In this document: positions 19,494 through 29,090 of the stretch, piece after piece
How positions within the stretch are numbered: position 1 is the first letter of the stretch
Layout: each line of letters starts with the position of its first letter
DNA from: Spirochaetota bacterium
GTDB lineage: Bacteria > Spirochaetota > UBA4802 > JAFGDQ01
DNA: 64,000 nucleotides
NCBI GenBank assembly: GCA_043803405.1
Contig: JAZDKB010000019.1
Span: 171,840-235,839 of the forward strand
Direction: 5' to 3'
The notes under the pieces: generated by a model
What the model was told of the DNA's origin: nothing
Database searches by the model: none
The model's input: only the letters and a program-made list of their open reading frames with translations
Translations under genes and position numbers: made by a program

Positions 19494-21098
19494 ATGATAA
19501 TCAAATCTGGAATTTCAGCAGTAACAGTTTATAACGACAGGGCAGAGGTTACAAGAACTGCGTCGGAAAATCTTGATAAGGGCGAGCATGTGCTCATTTT
19601 CGATTTTCTTCCTGAATACATTGAACCGAACAGCGTGCAGGTTAGGGGCAGTGGGAACGCCATGCTTAAGGACGTTAAATTCAAGACAGTGTATTACGAA
19701 GAGCTTCCGGACCCGAACGCAAAGCTCCTGTTCGATGAGAAGCTGAAACTGGCAGAGGCGATCTCCGAGCTGGATGATAAGATCGCGCACGCTGAAAAAG
19801 AGAAGGGCTTTATTGAGGATATAGCAAAGCGCCTTACTGTTTCCACAGGCAAATCCGAAGCATTCGAATTTAATCCCGATAAATGGATTAAGATGGTGGA
19901 ATTCTACAGGATTAAAAACGACGAGCTCGATAAAGAGATACGCGCTGCAAACAAAGAGAAAAATATCTTAAAAAATAAAATGGAAAAAATTCTGAAAGAT
20001 ATTGCGGCGGTTGGGAGTACCAGGGAGAAAAGCAAAAACCAGGTTGAGGCGTCTGTTCTGATGAACGGGCAGGGCGCTTTGATACTTGATCTGATATATA
20101 TTGTGTACGGGCCTTCGTGGGCCCCTGTTTATGACCTGCGCGTTTCAACAGACAGCAAGAGTATGAATATATCCTACCATGCTTTAATACAGCAGAACAC
20201 GCAGGAAGACTGGAACGATGTAGACTTAAAGCTTTCTACGGCGCGGCCGAACATAAGCGGCAATCAGCCGGAGCTTACTCCATGGCATATAAGCGTTTAC
20301 CAGCCGGATTTATTCAGGAACGCGCCTTCTGCTTCTTTAGCAAAGGAAAAGAAAGCTGCCGCGCCTGCAAGGCAGATGTTTGATGAAGAGGCGTCCAGGA
20401 TTGCGGACATGGATTCGGTAGTAGGCGGGATGCCTGCTATTGCTCCTGCAGAAGCAACAGTGGAGACGGGCGCAACATCGGTGCTGTTTGCGGTCGGGGG
20501 AAAAAGCACGATCGGGAGCGGAAGCGACCAGCACAAGGTCACGATTTTAAGAAAGGATTTCTCCGCATATTTCCGCTACTCAAGCGTGCCGAAGCTCGCC
20601 CAGTTCGCATATTTAAAGGCAAAAGTAAAAAACGAGACCGAGTATCCGCTGCTCCCGGGCGAGAGCAACATCTTCCTTGATAATAATTTTGTCGCGAATT
20701 CGTATATGAAGCTGGCTGCTCCGGGTGAGGAGTTCTGGACTTTTCTGGGCGTTGATGAAGGGATGAAGATTGAGTACAAGTTTATCAATAAGTACGAAGC
20801 TACAGAAGGCGTGTTCAGCAAAACAAGCAAACTGATGTACGAATACCAGATCATCATTAAGAACAATAAAAAATCCGAGGCAGATGTTGTTGTCTGGGAT
20901 CAGATACCGATTTCCGGCAATGAAGAGATAAAGGTCACGCTTATCGAACCAGAATACAAAAAGGATTCGGACTCGCTCAAGATAAACGAGAACAAATATC
21001 TGGAATGGCTCTTTAAACCAAAGCCGGCGCAGGAGATCAAAGTGCAGTTTAAGTTCTCGGTCGAGTATCCGAAGAACATAGTCGTTTCGGGGCTGTAA
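19494..21098 (+). CDS. DUF4140/DUF4139 family protein (MuiA-like)
   Basis: 534 aa. The N-terminus (ISAVTVYNDRAEVTRTA...NSVQVRGSG) and overall architecture match the conserved DUF4140-DUF4139 hypothetical family, with a coiled-coil middle region. Confidence 0.55.
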   Translation: MIIKSGISAVTVYNDRAEVTRTASENLDKGEHVLIFDFLPEYIEPNSVQVRGSGNAMLKDVKFKTVYYEELPDPNAKLLFDEKLKLAEAISELDDKIAHAEKEKGFIEDIAKRLTVSTGKSEAFEFNPDKWIKMVEFYRIKNDELDKEIRAANKEKNILKNKMEKILKDIAAVGSTREKSKNQVEASVLMNGQGALILDLIYIVYGPSWAPVYDLRVSTDSKSMNISYHALIQQNTQEDWNDVDLKLSTARPNISGNQPELTPWHISVYQPDLFRNAPSASLAKEKKAAAPARQMFDEEASRIADMDSVVGGMPAIAPAEATVETGATSVLFAVGGKSTIGSGSDQHKVTILRKDFSAYFRYSSVPKLAQFAYLKAKVKNETEYPLLPGESNIFLDNNFVANSYMKLAAPGEEFWTFLGVDEGMKIEYKFINKYEATEGVFSKTSKLMYEYQIIIKNNKKSEADVVVWDQIPISGNEEIKVTLIEPEYKKDSDSLKINENKYLEWLFKPKPAQEIKVQFKFSVEYPKNIVVSGL

Positions 21099-21189
21099 AA
21101 AATACGGATGTTTCATATACATAGCAAGGAATACAGAGAATATTTAATACCATCATCGCCCTGTCCCCAGGGCTGCCTCACGCTAAATT

Positions 21190-21426
21190 TTTTAGTTGTA
21201 AATTGGATATGCTCCCGGCCCCCTAACCCCCTGAAGGGGGCATAATTGGAAAGGTGTTGAATTGACAATATTTATTTTTAGTGGTTAAAAGGTTTAAAGC
21301 AACTAATAAAGAGTAAAATATCAGATAATAAAATACATCTGATTAAAGATATGAGATATAATATAAATATTTTCCCGAATATGCCCCCTTCAGAGGGTTA
21401 GGGGGCTGAAAGGGCAATGGCTATGG
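21190..21426. mobile_element. MITE-like non-autonomous repeat element, copy A (about 237 bp, GC-rich about 30-bp TIRs, AT-rich core)
   Basis: About 93% identical to 48970-49206. Left TIR gctcccggccccctaaccccctgaagggggcat. Right TIR atgcccccttcagagggttagggggctgaaag, which is the reverse complement with 1-2 mismatches. The core contains an atcagat-N10-atctgat hairpin. Intergenic location. Confidence 0.6.
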
Positions 21427-21494
21427 AATGCAAGCATGGTTGTCGAAAGCAGATAATAATAGCAGATATTTAGCATAAGGCAGCCCTGCCTAAC

Positions 21495-21575
21495 CCTGCC
21501 TTCTCTCCTCGAGAGAAGGGGGAACTCTACCTCTACTTTTGGAAGTCCCAAAGGGATGCTTTGCACGGGGTTAGG
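21495..21575. repeat. GC-rich hairpin repeat (family 2) copy 2, inverted orientation (ccttctctcctcgagagaagg ... catccctttggg ... gcacgggg)
   Basis: The reverse complement aligns module-by-module with 12801-12895. It lies directly adjacent to MITE-like copy A. Confidence 0.3.
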
Positions 21576-21598
21576 AGGTTGAGGTTTTACATTATATT

Positions 21599-22258
21599 AT
21601 GAAAGAACTGGAAAAAATATTGCAGAGATCGTTGCCAGGCGCCAAGATAGCAGAGTCGTCTTTTCCGCTTTGCAGGGAATTAAAGCTTTATCTGCTCGAT
21701 CCGTCCGGCATGGAGAGAGGTTTTTCTTCCGGAGAAGCACAGAATATTTTTGCAGATACTCCGTTCTGGGCGTTCTGCTGGGCAAGCGGTTACGCTCTGG
21801 CTTCGTATATTTTACAGAATCCTGGGATGGTACGGGGACGACGCGTTGTCGACTTCGGTGCAGGGTCAGGTGTTGTTGCCGTCGCAGCAGCAATGGCCGG
21901 GGCGGACGAAGCAGTTGCATGCGATCTTGATTCCAATGCTCTTAAGGCTGCAATACTTAACGCGGAACTGAACAACGTAAGCATTACTGTGAGCGAATCT
22001 ATTGGCAAAAAAGCAAAGAGATACGACCTGCTTACTGCTGCGGATGTTTTATATAATACAAACAATTTATTTCTGCTCGATATGTTCCTTGAGCATGCTC
22101 AGGAAGTTTTACTTGCAGATTCCCGCGTTAAAGACATTGAACATCCTTTCTATAATAAGATTTACGAATGCAGGACATCTACTCTGCCAAGGCTGGGTAA
22201 TTCCGATGATGAGATCGTAGGGATATATGGAACACGTCCTATTTTTGTAAATAGTTAG
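21599..22258 (+). CDS. class I SAM-dependent methyltransferase (PrmA/protein-methyltransferase-like)
   Basis: SAM-binding motif I (VVDFGAGSGVVAVAAAMAG) and post-I acidic residue (ACDLD). 219 aa. Confidence 0.75.
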   Translation: MKELEKILQRSLPGAKIAESSFPLCRELKLYLLDPSGMERGFSSGEAQNIFADTPFWAFCWASGYALASYILQNPGMVRGRRVVDFGAGSGVVAVAAAMAGADEAVACDLDSNALKAAILNAELNNVSITVSESIGKKAKRYDLLTAADVLYNTNNLFLLDMFLEHAQEVLLADSRVKDIEHPFYNKIYECRTSTLPRLGNSDDEIVGIYGTRPIFVNS

Positions 22259-22311
22259 AACTTTGATTTTTTAATTTCAGTAGTATTGAAAAAAAATACA
22301 GCAGAAGAATA

Positions 22312-22812
22312 ATGAAAGACGAAAATTACTGGATAGATAAATTAAAACTGGAGCCGCATCCTGAAGGCGGCTATTTCAAAGAAATTTACAGATCGCAGGA
22401 AATTATTCCAAAGAGTGCTTTACCGGAACGCTTTTCCGGCGACAGGGTGTTTTCTACAAGTATATATTTTTTATTAAATAAAAGTAATTTTTCAGCATTT
22501 CATCACATTAAGCAGGATGAGCTGTGGCATTTTTACGACGGTTCAGCACTTACGATTCATGTGATAGATTTGAATTCGGCATATTATGCGGCAAAACTCG
22601 GAAGAAATGCTGATGAAGGCGAGTTTCCCCAGGTAATTGTAAATGCCGGGTGCTATTTCGCAGCAGAAATAAACGACAAAAGCTCGTACACGCTTGCGGG
22701 ATGCACTGTGGCGCCGGGTTTCGATTTTGCAGATTTTGAAATGCCAGGCAAAAGCAGGCTTATTGAGCTATTCCCTCAATACGAGGAAATCATCAGAAAA
22801 TTTACGAGATAA
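22312..22812 (+). CDS. cupin-fold protein (DUF985 family)
   Basis: N-terminus LKLEPHPEGGYFKEIYRS is typical of the DUF985 cupin family. 166 aa. Confidence 0.65.
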   Translation: MKDENYWIDKLKLEPHPEGGYFKEIYRSQEIIPKSALPERFSGDRVFSTSIYFLLNKSNFSAFHHIKQDELWHFYDGSALTIHVIDLNSAYYAAKLGRNADEGEFPQVIVNAGCYFAAEINDKSSYTLAGCTVAPGFDFADFEMPGKSRLIELFPQYEEIIRKFTR

Positions 22813-22948
22813 TCCTACGATATTAATATTCAATATAGTTGTTGCGAAATGACATTTGAAATATGTAACAACTCTAATAACTTAATTTTAAAAAAAATTG
22901 TTGCAACTATGTGCATTAAGCAAGTATAGATCGATATAAAAAATACTT

Positions 22949-23179
22949 ATGCGTACAAAAAATAATATTTTTTTAATTTTAATAATAACCTTGTCTGTTC
23001 TTTGTTGTGAAAAAGACGAAGAAGCCTATAACCAATGCAGAGAAGATTGTGAAAGACACAGAACAACCTGCAGAAGTTCATGTGCGCAGACATATATCGA
23101 GGGATCTGCGTTATATATAAATTGCATGAATAATTGCCAGAATGATTACTCGGATTGCATGGACGATTGCAATTACTAA
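22949..23179 (+). CDS. small cysteine-rich secreted/lipoprotein-like protein (four CxxxC motifs)
   Basis: 76 aa with a signal peptide ending LSVLCC (lipobox-like). The mature ~55 aa contain CREDC, CRSSC, CMNNC and CMDDC. No homolog recognised. Confidence 0.45.
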   Translation: MRTKNNIFLILIITLSVLCCEKDEEAYNQCREDCERHRTTCRSSCAQTYIEGSALYINCMNNCQNDYSDCMDDCNY

Positions 23180-23236
23180 TATTTAAAGCATAAATATAAT
23201 TTAAATATCCATAGAAAAACTATACTGGCGTTTTTT

Positions 23237-23262
23237 TATTTCAAGGTGCCTTGAAATAAAAT
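23237..23262. terminator. candidate bidirectional intrinsic terminator (ttcaagg-tgc-ccttgaa hairpin flanked by T7 upstream and A-rich downstream)
   Basis: Lies between the convergent Cys-rich ORF (+) and the nitroreductase (-). Confidence 0.4.
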
Positions 23263-23323
23263 ATCCCGTCTGCGCCGAAGGCGGAGACCGATGCGATAGT
23301 ATTGGCAGTTTATTCTTTAAAAG

Positions 23324-23899
23324 CTATGATATAAACCTGGTTTTTTCTTTGACAGGCTTTCTCGGCATTGGCGCAGGCACAGAGGAGCATTTGCCCAGGC
23401 ATACAATGGAGATAAGGGCTTTGCCTTCTTCAACGCCTATTATTTTTGCAACATTCTTTTTTTCAAAAAAAGTAAACCACAGGCTTCCAATTCCCAGCGC
23501 ATGGGCTGCAAGCATCATATTCTGAATTGCTGCTGCGCACGCGTACTGATAACCGACGCTGCCGTCATCTTTCATAAAGGCATCTATGCCAGTTTTTTTC
23601 GGATCGCCAGTGACAGCGATTAAAACAGGCGCGGATTTTACAAAATCCATTTTGTAACTGCCTGCCCATTTTTGGCCGCAATCTTTGGCAGCCCAGTCCC
23701 GGCACCGTTCGGCCTCTTTGGCAATTTCGTTTTTCATTTCCTGATTTGTTATGACTATGAACTGCCACGGCTGCATGTTCATCGGGGATGGGGCAAAAGT
23801 ACCTGCTTCAAGTATTTTTTCAATCGTCTCGGAGCTGATTGATTCAGATGAATAATCCCTGCAGCTCCTGCGCTCTTTCATTGCTGTAAATATATCCAT
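23324..23899 (-). CDS. nitroreductase family protein
   Basis: N-terminus RRSCRDYS..., PSPMNMQPWQF and the nitroreductase-fold length. The start is set at the internal ATG (MDIFTAMKERRS) preceded by an aggacgg SD. Confidence 0.8.
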   Translation of the reverse strand: MDIFTAMKERRSCRDYSSESISSETIEKILEAGTFAPSPMNMQPWQFIVITNQEMKNEIAKEAERCRDWAAKDCGQKWAGSYKMDFVKSAPVLIAVTGDPKKTGIDAFMKDDGSVGYQYACAAAIQNMMLAAHALGIGSLWFTFFEKKNVAKIIGVEEGKALISIVCLGKCSSVPAPMPRKPVKEKTRFIS

Positions 23900-24440
23900 A
23901 TTACACCGTCCTTTTATGTTATTTTGAAAATTACATGCATCATAATGATCAGTCAAATTTCAAATAAGGAAATACACGATATTTTTTAAAACATGCAGGA
24001 AACAAAATAGTAATATTAATATTTGTATAAATAGACCGGAAATTTTTTATGAACGCTTAGTAGTAAGCGTTCATAATCTCCCGAAGTCAATTTAATTTTC
24101 ATGAGTTTAAAAATATTTTGAAAAATTATGCTCGTGTATCTATTAAATTACGCGGTTTAAATGCTATATTGAGTTTCGTTGATAGCAGAGACAACCTTAA
24201 TTAACAATTAACTATTTTTTTTAATACACGAACCGATCGATTGGTCGCATAATGCATATAGATTTATTTTTAATGCGAAACATCTTAATTTTCATTGGCA
24301 ATAAGGTTCTTTTTTTATTAATTAAATAATTTTTAATATATTTATTGTACATATCTAATTGACAAAAATTTTACTTATGTTTTACATTGAGACTCTTTAA
24401 TATAGACTGGCTTTAAAATTTATCAATAGGAGCGTTCGTT

Positions 24441-25649
24441 ATGAAGAAGGTTTTGTTATTCTCAATGTTTCTTATTACTTTTTTTGCCTTTACTATTATC
24501 GCATTTGCAGCAGACACAATTAAAATAGGTATTGTGGATACTTACTCGGGTCCGGCTACAACGTACACGCAGGATGTACTGGACGGATTTAAGTTAGCTG
24601 TAGAAAAAATAAATGCAAAGGGCGGAGTACTTGGGAAGAAAATCGAATATGTCACAAGAGATGATAAATTTAAACCGGATATCGGTCTTGCAATGGCAAA
24701 AGAGCTTGTGCTTAAAGAAAAAGTTGATATTCTTATGGGCACCATAAATAGTGCGTCAACCCTTGCTGTTTCTGACTTTGCTGAAAAAGAGAAAATTCCT
24801 TTTTTCGTAACTTATGCCAAGAGCGATAAGATCACCGGTGAAAAAGGGCATAGATATATATTCAATATGAATGAAAATACAGCGATGGCCGGCAGGGCAG
24901 CTGCGGTTGCGCTTGCAAAAAAGCCATATATAAAATACTGGATCGCAGGCGATGATTACGAATATGGTCATGCAATTGCCAATGCTGCATGGGATAACAT
25001 TAAGAGACTCAATCCCAGGGTACAAAAGGTCGGGGAATCATGGTGGAAAGTCGGGGAAGCTGACTTTACTCCGTACATTACGCAAATTATCGCGGCAAAA
25101 CCGGATTTTATTATAGTTGCTACAGGCGGTTCAGGAATGGTAAACTTCCAGAAGGCTGCTAAGGCAACAGGGCTGAGCGAGAAAATTCCATTTTATCAGC
25201 ATACTGCAACAGAACTGGGCACATTATTACCGCAGGGTTTGAATGCGCCTGAAGGCGTTTACGGTACAGCTGCATATTTTTTTTACAGCCCGAAAACTCC
25301 GGCTAACATGACTTTCGGCGCTGATTTTATGAAAGCATATAAAAGAAATCCGAAAGGCAGCGCATATTCCGGATATATGACCGCTATGTTCATTGGCGAA
25401 GGATTCAAAAAAGCAAAGAAAATCGATAAAGAAGCTCTGATAAATTCTCTTGAAGACATGGTGCTTGACAGCCCTGTCGGCCAAGTTCAAATAAGAAAAT
25501 GCGACCATCAGCTGCTGCTTCCTATTTATTTTGGTAAAACTAAAAAAGATCCGAAATATAATTTCCTTATATCGGTTGACAATCAGGTAATTTCAAGCAA
25601 GGACTATGTATCTCCCTGTGAACAGGTGTTAAAAGCAAGAAAAAAATAA
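24441..25649 (+). CDS. ABC transporter substrate-binding protein, branched-chain amino acid (LivK/LivJ) family
   Basis: 402 aa with a signal peptide and a type-I periplasmic binding fold (IKIGIVDTYSGPAT..., GDDYEYGH). First gene of a 5-gene liv-type operon. Confidence 0.85.
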   Translation: MKKVLLFSMFLITFFAFTIIAFAADTIKIGIVDTYSGPATTYTQDVLDGFKLAVEKINAKGGVLGKKIEYVTRDDKFKPDIGLAMAKELVLKEKVDILMGTINSASTLAVSDFAEKEKIPFFVTYAKSDKITGEKGHRYIFNMNENTAMAGRAAAVALAKKPYIKYWIAGDDYEYGHAIANAAWDNIKRLNPRVQKVGESWWKVGEADFTPYITQIIAAKPDFIIVATGGSGMVNFQKAAKATGLSEKIPFYQHTATELGTLLPQGLNAPEGVYGTAAYFFYSPKTPANMTFGADFMKAYKRNPKGSAYSGYMTAMFIGEGFKKAKKIDKEALINSLEDMVLDSPVGQVQIRKCDHQLLLPIYFGKTKKDPKYNFLISVDNQVISSKDYVSPCEQVLKARKK

Positions 25650-25682
25650 ATAAAACCAAGTGTGGTTAAAGAGTTTGTTTAA

Positions 25683-26582
25683 GTGGATTTAATATATTCT
25701 GTTATACCGCCGGCAATATTCAGCCAGCTTTTCGTTGGCCTAAGCCGGGCGGTAATACTTTTTATTGTCTCGTCAGGCCTGAGCCTTATTCTGGGGACGC
25801 TCCGCATTCCCAATGTCGCGCATGGCTCTCTGTATATGATAGGAGCATTTGCGGCATATACGGTCTCAGGCATCTTCTCTGACAGTCCGGCCTCTTTCTG
25901 GATTGCGCTTATACTTGCGCCTCTTTTTGTAGCATTAGTAAGTTTTATTTCTGAACGGGCTCTCTTCCGTCATTTGTATGAAAGAGAGCATCTGATGCTG
26001 ATGCTGCTCACATTTGCACTCTCTCTTATATTCAGCGACCTCGTGAAACTTACATGGGGTGCCGAATATAAATCCGTGCCGGTGCCGGAGATCTTTCAGG
26101 GATTTGTACCTCTTTTCGGAGGCTTGCCTTTCCCGGTCTACAATTTATTTCTGCTGTGTGTGGGCCCGGTAGTCGCCTTACTCATGTGGCTTCTTATTAA
26201 TAAAACGAAAATCGGAAAGATAGCCCGCGCCGCTGCTGTAGACAGGGAAATGGTAGGAGCTGTCGGAATTAATGTGAGCTGGGTTTTTGCAGGCGTATTT
26301 GTTATTGGCTGTTTTCTTGCCGGCCTTGGCGGGGTGCTTGTTGCGCCTACCATTAGCGTGACACTCGGGATGGATCATTCACTTATTATAGAAGCATTCC
26401 TGATAGTAATAATAGGCGGGCTCGGCAATATATGGGGAGCTCTGCTCGGCGCCCTGATATTCGGCCTGACGCAGTCAATGGGGATACTCATCTGGCCGAA
26501 ATTCGGCATTATATTCCCATATCTTGCAGTTGTAATAGTTTTAATATTCAGGCCAAGGGGGCTTCTCAAATCCGCATGGTAG
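25683..26582 (+). CDS. livH: branched-chain amino acid ABC transporter permease (LivH-like)
   Basis: 299 aa polytopic permease with the typical EAA-like loop. Adjacent to livM. Confidence 0.85.
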   Translation: MDLIYSVIPPAIFSQLFVGLSRAVILFIVSSGLSLILGTLRIPNVAHGSLYMIGAFAAYTVSGIFSDSPASFWIALILAPLFVALVSFISERALFRHLYEREHLMLMLLTFALSLIFSDLVKLTWGAEYKSVPVPEIFQGFVPLFGGLPFPVYNLFLLCVGPVVALLMWLLINKTKIGKIARAAAVDREMVGAVGINVSWVFAGVFVIGCFLAGLGGVLVAPTISVTLGMDHSLIIEAFLIVIIGGLGNIWGALLGALIFGLTQSMGILIWPKFGIIFPYLAVVIVLIFRPRGLLKSAW

Positions 26583-27655
26583 CAGGCAACGTTGTGTTAA
26601 AAAATATTTTATCCCCAGGTTATAAAATATGGGCATACGCAGGAATAATGCTGCTTGTATTTTTACCGGCTGTTTTACCCTTGTCAACTTTCAGATTTTA
26701 CATATACCTTGCTTCAATAATACTTCTCTATGGTGTAGCAGCTACAAGCTGTAACCTGGCACTGGGTTACGGCGGAATATATCAGTTCCATCATACTGTA
26801 TTTTACGGTATGGGAGCGTACGGAGCAGCTCTTGCTATAACAAGGTTGGATGTTTCGCCGTGGATTGCTTTTCTATGCGGGCCATTAATATCAGCTTTGC
26901 TGGCGCTTGTCATGGGATTAATATGCATGCGGCTTTCGAAGCTGTATTTCGGAATGCTGCAGATATCTCTCGGATCGCTTGTCTGGGTTGTTGTGTACAG
27001 ATGGTATTCTTTCACCGGAGGAGATGACGGAATTCACGGCATCCCTATGCCGGATTTGCTCGCTTCGCCTAAAGGTGCATACTATTTCGTTTTGATTATT
27101 TCAGGTCTCAGCCTGTTCCTGATGTATAGAATTATCAAATCTCCTTTCGGGATCACGCTTCAGGGAATACGCGACAATCCTGTGCGCAGCGAGATGATCG
27201 GGATAAACGTCCGGATACATCAGCTTGTTACACTTATTATTGCCGGATTTTTTGCCGGCATAGCAGGAGTGCTGTTTATCGTAGTAGACAACACGGTGTT
27301 CCCGGATATGATGTTCTGGACGGCATCATTGGAAATGATAATTATGTGTCTGCTTGGCGGGATGTATAATTTTTTCGGACCCATAACTGGAGCGGCTATC
27401 GTGATTTTCATCAGGACATTTGCAGGCTCGTTCGTGGAATCATTTACTTCATTGTTTATCAGGATATTCGGGGGCGCATTAAGTGAAACTTCGGTCAGCT
27501 CGTTAAAAAGAGTATCGGCCGATTTTTCTTCGTACTGGACTCTGGTGCTCGGAATAATCTGCATCCTGGTAATATTTTTTGTGCCGAATGGAGTGCTTGG
27601 ATTTTTTGACAATCTGAAAAACGGGAAGAAAGAGGCATCATCTGCCGGGGAGTAA
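26576..27655 (+). CDS. livM: branched-chain amino acid ABC transporter permease (LivM-like)
   Basis: Polytopic permease. The start is set at the ATG overlapping the livH stop (ATGGTAG). The longer upstream ORF overlaps livH by 150 bp. Confidence 0.8.
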   Translation: MVAGNVVLKNILSPGYKIWAYAGIMLLVFLPAVLPLSTFRFYIYLASIILLYGVAATSCNLALGYGGIYQFHHTVFYGMGAYGAALAITRLDVSPWIAFLCGPLISALLALVMGLICMRLSKLYFGMLQISLGSLVWVVVYRWYSFTGGDDGIHGIPMPDLLASPKGAYYFVLIISGLSLFLMYRIIKSPFGITLQGIRDNPVRSEMIGINVRIHQLVTLIIAGFFAGIAGVLFIVVDNTVFPDMMFWTASLEMIIMCLLGGMYNFFGPITGAAIVIFIRTFAGSFVESFTSLFIRIFGGALSETSVSSLKRVSADFSSYWTLVLGIICILVIFFVPNGVLGFFDNLKNGKKEASSAGE

Positions 27656-27657
27656 TT

Positions 27658-28401
27658 GTGCTTATTGTTGAGTCATTATCAAAATCATTCGACGGATTCA
27701 GGGCAGTTAATAATGCAAATCTTGAAGTTAGGCCGGGAGAAATAATAGCTATAATCGGCCCTAACGGAGCAGGTAAAACAACATTATTCAACCTGATAAC
27801 CGGAGTTCTTAAACCGGACAGCGGCCGGGTTATTTTTAAAGGCGAAGACATAACCGGGGTGCTGCCTCATGAAGTCTGCAGAAAAGGTATTTCCAGGTCT
27901 TTTCAGGTAGTTAATCTGTTTCAGAAGCTTACTGTTTTTGAGAATGTTCAGGTCTCCGTTCTTGCCAGAGAAAGAATGACATGGAAACTGTTTGTGCCTT
28001 CGGCAAAATTCGTAAGACAGGAAACAGAGGAAATACTCAGGAAAGTCGGGCTTGAAGACAAGAGTGACTTTATTGCAGCTCTGCTGTCTCACGGCGACCG
28101 CAAGGTGCTTGAGATTGCAATGGCGCTGGGAGGAAATCCTCATTTCCTTATTCTTGATGAGCCAACGGCAGGGATGGCACAGGATGAATGCCAGCGCAGT
28201 ATTGATCTAATTAAGAAATTATCCAGAGAAATGGGTCTGACAATAGTTTTTTGTGAACATGATATGGAAATGGTTTTCGGTATTGCTGACAGGATTATGG
28301 TCATGGTCAGAGGCGCAACGGTAATTCAGGATACGTGCGATGCGATTCGATGCAATCAGTTAGTACAGGAAGCTTATCTCGGCGGGAGCAGCCATGCTTG
28401 A
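27658..28401 (+). CDS. livG: ABC transporter ATP-binding protein (LivG-like)
   Basis: Walker A GPNGAGKTT, ABC signature LSHGDRKVLE and Walker B ILDEP. Confidence 0.9.
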   Translation: MLIVESLSKSFDGFRAVNNANLEVRPGEIIAIIGPNGAGKTTLFNLITGVLKPDSGRVIFKGEDITGVLPHEVCRKGISRSFQVVNLFQKLTVFENVQVSVLARERMTWKLFVPSAKFVRQETEEILRKVGLEDKSDFIAALLSHGDRKVLEIAMALGGNPHFLILDEPTAGMAQDECQRSIDLIKKLSREMGLTIVFCEHDMEMVFGIADRIMVMVRGATVIQDTCDAIRCNQLVQEAYLGGSSHA

Positions 28402-29083
28402 AGTAAAGAATATTCATACATATTACGGATTAAGCCATATATTATTCGATGAATCGCTGTATGTGTCCAGAGGAGAGATTGTCGGTTTGCTTGGAAGAAA
28501 CGGGGCAGGCAAAAGCACAACAATGAGAAGCATTATGGGACTTACTCCTCCGGCAAAGGGCAGTATAATCTATAACGGGGAAGATATCACGGGACAGAAA
28601 CCATATATGCTGTTTCGAAAAGGCATAGGCTATGTGCCGGACGACAGGCGGGTCTTTGCAGATTTAACAGTGGATGAAAATCTTGATATAGTTTATACTA
28701 AAAGCGGCGAGTGGAATAAAAAAAGGATTTACGAAATATTCCCGGCGCTGAATGAAATTAAAGCGAGGCGTGCGGGGTTTTTAAGCGGAGGCGAACAGCA
28801 GATGCTTACTATTGCCCGCGCCCTTATGGGAAGCCCCGAACTTATTCTGCTTGATGAGCCTATAGAAGGCCTTGCTCCGATTGTAGTCCGCAGTCTTGAA
28901 GAACAGATATTATTGCTCAGGGATGCGGGGATAAGCATTTTGCTTTCAGAGCAGAACATCAAATCCGCGGTAAAGCTGGTAAACCGGGTATATGTAATCG
29001 ACAACGGGAGCATCCGGTTTGAAGGCACTGTTGCAGAATTTGAAGCGAACGATGAAGTGAAAAAAAAATACCTCATGGTATAA
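28394..29083 (+). CDS. livF: ABC transporter ATP-binding protein (LivF-like)
   Basis: Walker A GRNGAGKST, signature LSGGEQQML and Walker B LLDEP. Overlaps livG by 8 bp. Confidence 0.9.
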   Translation: MLEVKNIHTYYGLSHILFDESLYVSRGEIVGLLGRNGAGKSTTMRSIMGLTPPAKGSIIYNGEDITGQKPYMLFRKGIGYVPDDRRVFADLTVDENLDIVYTKSGEWNKKRIYEIFPALNEIKARRAGFLSGGEQQMLTIARALMGSPELILLDEPIEGLAPIVVRSLEEQILLLRDAGISILLSEQNIKSAVKLVNRVYVIDNGSIRFEGTVAEFEANDEVKKKYLMV

Positions 29084-29090
29084 TATTTTT

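Noticed and set aside
21597-22258. Several overlapping ORFs (21597..21920 -, 21670..21930 +, 21750..21971 +, 21790..22065 -) around the methyltransferase gene
   Set aside because: Only the 21599..22258 plus-strand frame carries the SAM-binding motifs. The others are alternative-frame artefacts.
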